Below, piece by piece: positions 57,278-64,000 of a DNA stretch of 64,000 nucleotides. The number at the start of each line of letters is the position of its first letter. Position 1 is the stretch's first letter. The position numbers were made by a program, and so were the translations under genes. The notes under the pieces were generated by a model. The model did no database searches. It saw only the letters and a program-made list of their open reading frames with translations, and was not told the origin of the DNA. Origin of the DNA: Octopus vulgaris. Taxonomy: Eukaryota. The DNA lies in the NCBI GenBank assembly GCA_951406725.2, contig OX597824.1:15748001-15812000 (forward strand). The letters are read 5' to 3'.

Positions 57278-57617
57278 GAAGGCGCTTGGCTCAGTGGTTA
57301 GAGCGTAGAGCTTACGATCGTGAGGTTGTGACTTCGAATCCCGGACCGGGTTGTTGTGTGTTGTGTTCTTGAGCAAGACACTTTATTTCACGTTGCTCCA
57401 GATAACTCAGCTATAGAAATGGGTTGCAACATCACTGGTGCCAAGCTGTATCGGCCCATTTGCCTTTCCTTTTGATAACATCAGTGGTGTCGAGAGGGGA
57501 GGCCGGTATGCATGCGCGACTGCTGGCCTTCAATAAACAACCTTACCCGGACTTGTGCCTCGGAGGGTAACTTTCTAGGTGCAATCCCATAGTCATTCAT
57601 GACCGAAGGGGGTCTCC
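57278..57617 (+). mobile_element. SINE group C, tail type 4
   Basis: TGGCTCAGTGGTTAGAGCG head; TTGAGCAAGACACTTTATTTCACGTTGCTCCAG body. Confidence 0.85.
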
Positions 57618-57724
57618 TCCTCCTACTATGTATATATATTATTTTATTTTATCTAGTTTCAGCTCACGAGCTGTGGCCATGCTGGGGCAGCGCCATTTAA
57701 TTATAGGGAGGCTGCCGTGACCAG

Positions 57725-57766
<42 letters not shown>

Positions 57767-58497
57767 TGGAGATAGAGATAGAGAGAGAATATGGGACAGG
57801 GAGAGAGAGAGTGTGTGTGTGTGTATGGGAGAGAGAGCGAGAGAAGTGGGATTTGACCGAATAAAAACCGATAAAAGTTTCTTGTTAAAAAACAAAACCA
57901 AGCGACAAAAGGGAGATAGCAAACTTACGTTTTCTATTTCGCATCAAGAACATCTGGACCTCATTTAAAATAAAGGAATGTGGCTTATATTGAGGCAATA
58001 AGTAGAAGATCCCTAGTTGCATCTGGTTCTGCTGATGGTGGTAATAACGATGCTTCACATTCTAAAATGGTGGCTATGTCGTCACAGAATTATTTGTTCA
58101 GCTGAAATAATTTTTTCTGTGTTTCCAGGATTTTCTCACATTACCTTTCTCTGTATTGTTTCATTATGGTAACAATTATACTTAATTATTACTACATTAT
58201 TGCAATTAATATGAGGAAAAAATTATTGTTTTTCGTTATTTTCAACTTCTGGGGCTTGATTTTTTTCAAATTATACATTCATGTTTCTCGATAAAAAGAA
58301 GAATATATTGTTAAAAATATGTTTTTAATTTTGAATGTTTTACCTTTCAATCTGCCCCAGGTGATACTGTACATACATACATACATACACACATACATAC
58401 ACACATACATACATACATACATACATACATACATACATACATACACAAACACACATACATGAATATATTATATACATATACATATAAATATACATAC

Positions 58498-58546
<49 letters not shown>

Positions 58547-58916
58547 TATATGCATTAATATATATATATACACATATATATAAACATAAATATATATATA
58601 TATATACACACATATATATATCTGCATATATATATATCTACATGTATGTATATATAAATATATGTATATACAACACATGCACATGCACATATATATCACA
58701 TATATATTTATCTATATGTATATATATGTATATGTTTATGTAAACACACACACATACACTCACACAAGTACATATATTCAGGTAGATTTAATAAATTCCA
58801 ATCCCTTCGGCGATATCAAAATGTCTCTACCGAATTATCTCTCCAGTTCTTAAGTCTTTAAATTTCTTGCAGCAGGTATGCGTGTATGTGACTACATATG
58901 TGTGTATGTCTGTATA

Positions 58917-59136
58917 CTCTTTTACTCTTTTACTTGTTTCAGTTATTTGACTGCGGCCATGCTGGAGCAACGCCCTTTAATCGAGCAACTCGACCCCGGG
59001 ACTTATTCTTTTGTAAGCCCAGTACTTATTCTATCGGTCTCTTTTGCCGAACCGCTAGGTAACGGGGACGTAAACACACTAGCTTCGGTTGTCAAGCAAT
59101 GCTAGGGGGACAAACACAGACACACAAACATACACG

Positions 59137-59189
<53 letters not shown>

Positions 59190-59351
59190 GACGGGCTTCT
59201 TTCAGTTTCCGCCTACCAAATCCACTCACAAGGCTTTGGTCGGCCCGGGGCTATAGCAGAAGACACTTGCTCAAGATGCCACGCAGTGGGACTGAACCCG
59301 GAACCATGTGGTTGGTTAGCAAGCTACTTACCACAAAGCCACTCCTGCGCC
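58917..59351 (-). mobile_element. full-length SINE family B
   Basis: Reverse complement of the 44054-type copy. Confidence 0.93.
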
Positions 59352-59914
59352 TATGTGTATGTGTATATCCGTATATATTTGTGTACGTGTGTGTGTGCAA
59401 GACTCTAAGTATATGTTGTCGTGTGTACCTCTGTTTGTGTATGTCCGTGTCGTCTAGTCCTCGTCGTAACATGCTATAATCGTATATTTTTACTTTTGTA
59501 ACGATGTCTCTGACACCAAACGTCACCATTGGCCGTTTCTCAAAAAATTATATTTTAGAAATAATTTTAGAGTTTTTAGAAATTAGCTTCTGTGCACATG
59601 TCTGTTAGTTGCTGCTGTCTCTGTTCTCAGAGTTATTACTATTATTATGAACATAATTATTATTGTTAGTGTTGTACTCTATTGCTTGTAGACTATTGCA
59701 GTTTCTATCTCATTTTTTCATCTACCTTTGTATGTATGTATGTCATTATTCAATTTTCTTTCAAGATTTCTTGGCAATAGAGAAAGAACCGGTTTCTAAC
59801 GTAGATCCAAGGCTCCTTCATTAGAATTTTAACATCAGCAACAGGCTATTTTTGTTTGTATGAATGTATGTATGTATGTATGTATGTATGTATGTATGTA
59901 TGTATGTATGTATG

Positions 59915-59945
<31 letters not shown>

Positions 59946-60094
59946 GTATGTATGTATGTATGTATGTATGTACGTATGTATGTATGAATGTATGTATAGA
60001 TGTATGCATGTATATATGTATGTATGTATGTATGTATGCATGCATGCATGCATGCATGTATGTATGAATGTATGTATGTATGTATGTATGTATG

Positions 60095-60125
<31 letters not shown>

Positions 60126-60278
60126 GTATGTATGTATGTATGTATGTATGTAAGTATGTATGTATATGTATATATATATATATAATTTATATGTAAATGC
60201 GTGTGCATGTGTGTGTGTTTGTACCTACGCAGAGAGAAGAGAGGCGAGAGAGAGAGAGAGAGAGAGAGAGTGAGTGAG

Positions 60279-60325
<47 letters not shown>

Positions 60326-60647
60326 AAGAGAAAGATTACGGAGAAACGAAACGGTGAAAGAGGCCTAAATTTTTCTTACGGCAAAAGTCACTTTGGACAT
60401 CTGCAAAATGGTTTGTATTAAACGAAGAGCAGCATCTCACCATTGAAGTCATGCAAATATAGAAAGCACGATCGTCACGTGATTCCTGTTTGCGACACTC
60501 ATTAAAGTGCTGTAAAAAACGAGGTCCGTAATGACCCTTTCAACCCATGCCAGCATGTAAAGCTGAGGGCAAATGTTGATGAGAACCATAAGGATGATGC
60601 TGAGAATAATAATAGATAATAGATAATACACTCACACTCTCTCTCTT

Positions 60648-60696
<49 letters not shown>

Positions 60697-60697
60697 G

Positions 60698-60735
<38 letters not shown>

Positions 60736-60751
60736 ACAGATACACACAGTC

Positions 60752-61147
60752 TTTTGTTTCTTCATTTGTTTCAGTCACTTGACTGCGGACATGATGGAGC
60801 ACATCGTTTTGTCGAACAAAACGACCCCTCAGGACTTTGCCGAACTGCTAAGTTACGGGGACGTAAACACATCAACATTGGTATATATATATAAGTTCAG
60901 CAAAAATTTAGATTCAAATGAATATGGTACTTAATTTAGATGCACCAGAATTTTGTATGGTGTTATCCATAAAAATCCGAGGGGTGATTATAATCAAAAT
61001 AAGCAACAAGAATGACTCCGGTAATTTGGTACGATCGTTTCGCACTACATCATTTTATCAAATGTTGTAAGTATTACAACAGATTTAAGATGCTGAGTAC
61101 TCATCAGCCAATTATAGAGGTTTTCCATTAATACAAAAAAGCCCGTC

Positions 61148-61199
<52 letters not shown>

Positions 61200-61326
61200 G
61201 ACGGGCTTGTTTCAGTTTCCGTTCACTAAATCCACTCGCAAGGCACTGGTCGGCCCGTGGCTATAGTAGAAGACACTTACCCAAGGTGCCACGCAGTGGG
61301 ACTGAACCCAGGACAATGTGGTTGGT
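60752..61326 (-). mobile_element. SINE family B split by a hammerhead-bearing insert (60893-61140)
   Basis: Family landmarks on both sides of the insert. Confidence 0.8.
61026..61111 (-). ncRNA. canonical type I hammerhead ribozyme with extended helix II
   Basis: TTGG CTGATGA GTACT..TGTTGTAA tac TTACAACA..AGTGC GAAAC GATC GTA^CCAA. Confidence 0.85.
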
Positions 61327-61344
61327 AATCCACTTACCACATAT

Positions 61345-61575
61345 ATTTCTTTACTGCCCACAAGGGGCTAAACACAGAGGGGACAAACAAGGACAGACAA
61401 ACGGATTAAGTCGATTACATCGACCCCAGTGCGAAACTGGTACTTTATTTATCGACCTCGAAAGGATGAAAGGCAAAGTCGACTACGGCGGAATTCGAAC
61501 TCAGAACGTAGCGACAGACGAAATACTGCCAAGCATTTCGCCCGGCGGGCTAACGTTTCTGCCAGCTCGCCGCCT
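61345..61575 (-). mobile_element. SINE family A
   Basis: Full reverse-complement match. Confidence 0.92.
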
Positions 61576-62237
61576 TACCACATAGCCACCTCTTTGTATG
61601 AAATTATGTGTGTATGTATATATATATCTATGTACGTATGATTGCATCTATGTATATGTGTTTGTATATGTATATGTGAGTGTGTGCGTACACGAATATT
61701 TTTATAGATTCTGTTTGTGAAATGTGTGATTAATTGAGTCTTAGAGATACTCGTGCTGATGAAGTAAATATTTCGGTTAAAATTAAGTTAAAATGGGTGA
61801 AAAATTAATTATGCTAAATAAAAATATAATTAGTTATTCCATACAACTCTCTTATTTTCCTTATTTAGAAACGTAACATCGTTTCCTTTTTTGTTTTGGT
61901 GGGAATTCTGATGTAATTTCCAACAATTTATTTTTTATCTGCCCCTTGAAATGGTGGAATTTCTTATAATAAACATTGATTTATTTATTAGAAAGTAATT
62001 TTATTAAATGTATGTATATATGCAAGTGTTACTGTTGGTATGTGCTATTCACTCTCTCTTTCTCTCTCCCCCTCTCTCTCTCTCTCTCTCACTCTCTCAC
62101 TCCCTCTCTCTCTCTGAAGTGTGTGTAAATTATATTAATTTAGCTTTTCATGGTTAGATAACTTACTTATGGCGTTGTTTTTAAAACAAGAAATATTTAA
62201 AATTAAGTTGTTATTGAGTATTTAACGTTCAATTACT

Positions 62238-62316
<79 letters not shown>

Positions 62317-62451
62317 GTCTGTCTGTCTGTCTGTCATTCTGTATGTCTGTTTGTCTGTTTGTCTGTCTGACTGTCTATCTATTTATCTATCGATCTATCT
62401 GTCTGTCTGTGTTTCTATGTATGTATGTATGTGTGTATGTATGCATGTATG

Positions 62452-62493
<42 letters not shown>

Positions 62494-62537
62494 CTTATCT
62501 GTCTGTCTGTCTGTCATTCTGTCTGTCTGTCTGTCAT

Positions 62538-62569
<32 letters not shown>

Positions 62570-62593
62570 ACGGTCTATTTATCTATCGAGCTA

Positions 62594-62630
<37 letters not shown>

Positions 62631-63394
62631 ATATCTATCTATCTATCTGCCTATTTATCTTTATGTATATACACATTTTCCTTCCTGATGCATGCATACA
62701 TACATACATACATACATACATACATACATACATACATACATACATGCATACATACATACATACATACATGCATACATATCTCTATCTGCGTGTGTTCTCT
62801 TGAGTATGTCGAGTGAATTTTTATTCGCACTCATAGCAACCTTAGATGTTAACTGTTTATTTCCTTCCGCTTATCGATATGTGAAAAATTGACAACCTTC
62901 TACTATGTTTCTTGAAAGTTGTTTTTTATACCTTATACGGACTGCTCAAAACTTACTAGCTTCCTACACCTGGATCTTTGGACCTTGAAATTAGAATATT
63001 TTCTTTCATCCACTCCAAGGCCCTGAAAATGGACGACGTCAACGCTACGAACCAAAATAGTTACGTCATTTTCTATGAAAATCGTTCTTTTCCTTTGGTT
63101 ACATCCGTCTTTATAAAGAAAATGCATTATATTTTTGTCAATATGTAATGATGTGTGTTTGAGCATATATATATATGAAAAAATACATACACACATACAT
63201 ATTTATATATATGCAAATATGTATGTATGTATAGACACATACATACATACACACACACATACACACAAACACATACACACACACACACATATATATATAT
63301 GTATACACATACACCCTATTCTCACGCACGCACATACACACAGGCACACACACATATATTCGGTGTTTATGTTATATTCTTTCTTGGATGAGTC

Positions 63395-63445
<51 letters not shown>

Positions 63446-63448
63446 GTA

Positions 63449-63491
<43 letters not shown>

Positions 63492-63494
63492 GTA

Positions 63495-63583
<89 letters not shown>

Positions 63584-63839
63584 ATATATATATAAATATG
63601 TATATATATATATATGTATGTATGTATGCATGTATAACATTTTGTATATGTTTGTGTGTACGTGTGTCATTATGCAAGTGTGTATGTGTAGATATTTATG
63701 TGTATGTATACACGTTCGTAATGACATGTTTCTATTCACTCTGGCGTGTGTCCCCTGTAAACACGAATGAATAAATAACTACATACATAATATGTGTATG
63801 TAACAAATATTAAACCTAACAGATCTGCTCCCAGCTGTC

Positions 63840-64000
63840 CCCTTTTCCCACCGCATCACCTTCAACCGCCTTCACCCCCACCCCACCCCCGCCCACGTGT
63901 AATAATCGATTATTCTATATTCTAATGATTGGCCAATTGGTGTGTTCCTAAAGCTTCCTGCGGCATTGTTGTCGGAGAAGAGGCATCGTTGGTGAATTTG
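63840..64000. promoter_or_regulatory. candidate promoter
   Basis: GC box CCCCGCCC (63887), E-box CACGTG (63894), overlapping CCAAT boxes ATTGGCCAATTGG (63928), ETS-like CTTCCTG (63954). Confidence 0.45.

Overview
AT-rich, repeat-saturated animal genomic DNA; the SINE and microsatellite content suggests a coleoid cephalopod, probably Octopus (inference, not searched). Almost every ORF in the track is a microsatellite artefact. One likely coding exon (21905-23011, Q/H/N/T-rich, transcription-regulator-like, gene unidentified) is surrounded by three tRNA-derived SINE groups, non-autonomous Helitrons, mariner/pogo MITEs, a foldback element, LINE 3' ends and old local duplications. The main hidden signal is about 15 short elements in or beside (TA)n tracts, in roughly 9 sequence families, carrying type I hammerhead ribozyme motifs: helix I, CUGANGA, helix II, GAAAC, palindromic helix III, GUH, helix I. 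Helix I covaries between families. Two loci are long palindromes (one perfect) with a hammerhead on both strands, and one has inverted hammerhead arms around a 260-bp copy of DNA from 4 kb away. This fits a microsatellite-targeting Penelope-like/retrozyme system; no autonomous RT/endonuclease ORF was seen. All alignments and folds were done by eye, so coordinates may be off by a few bases.
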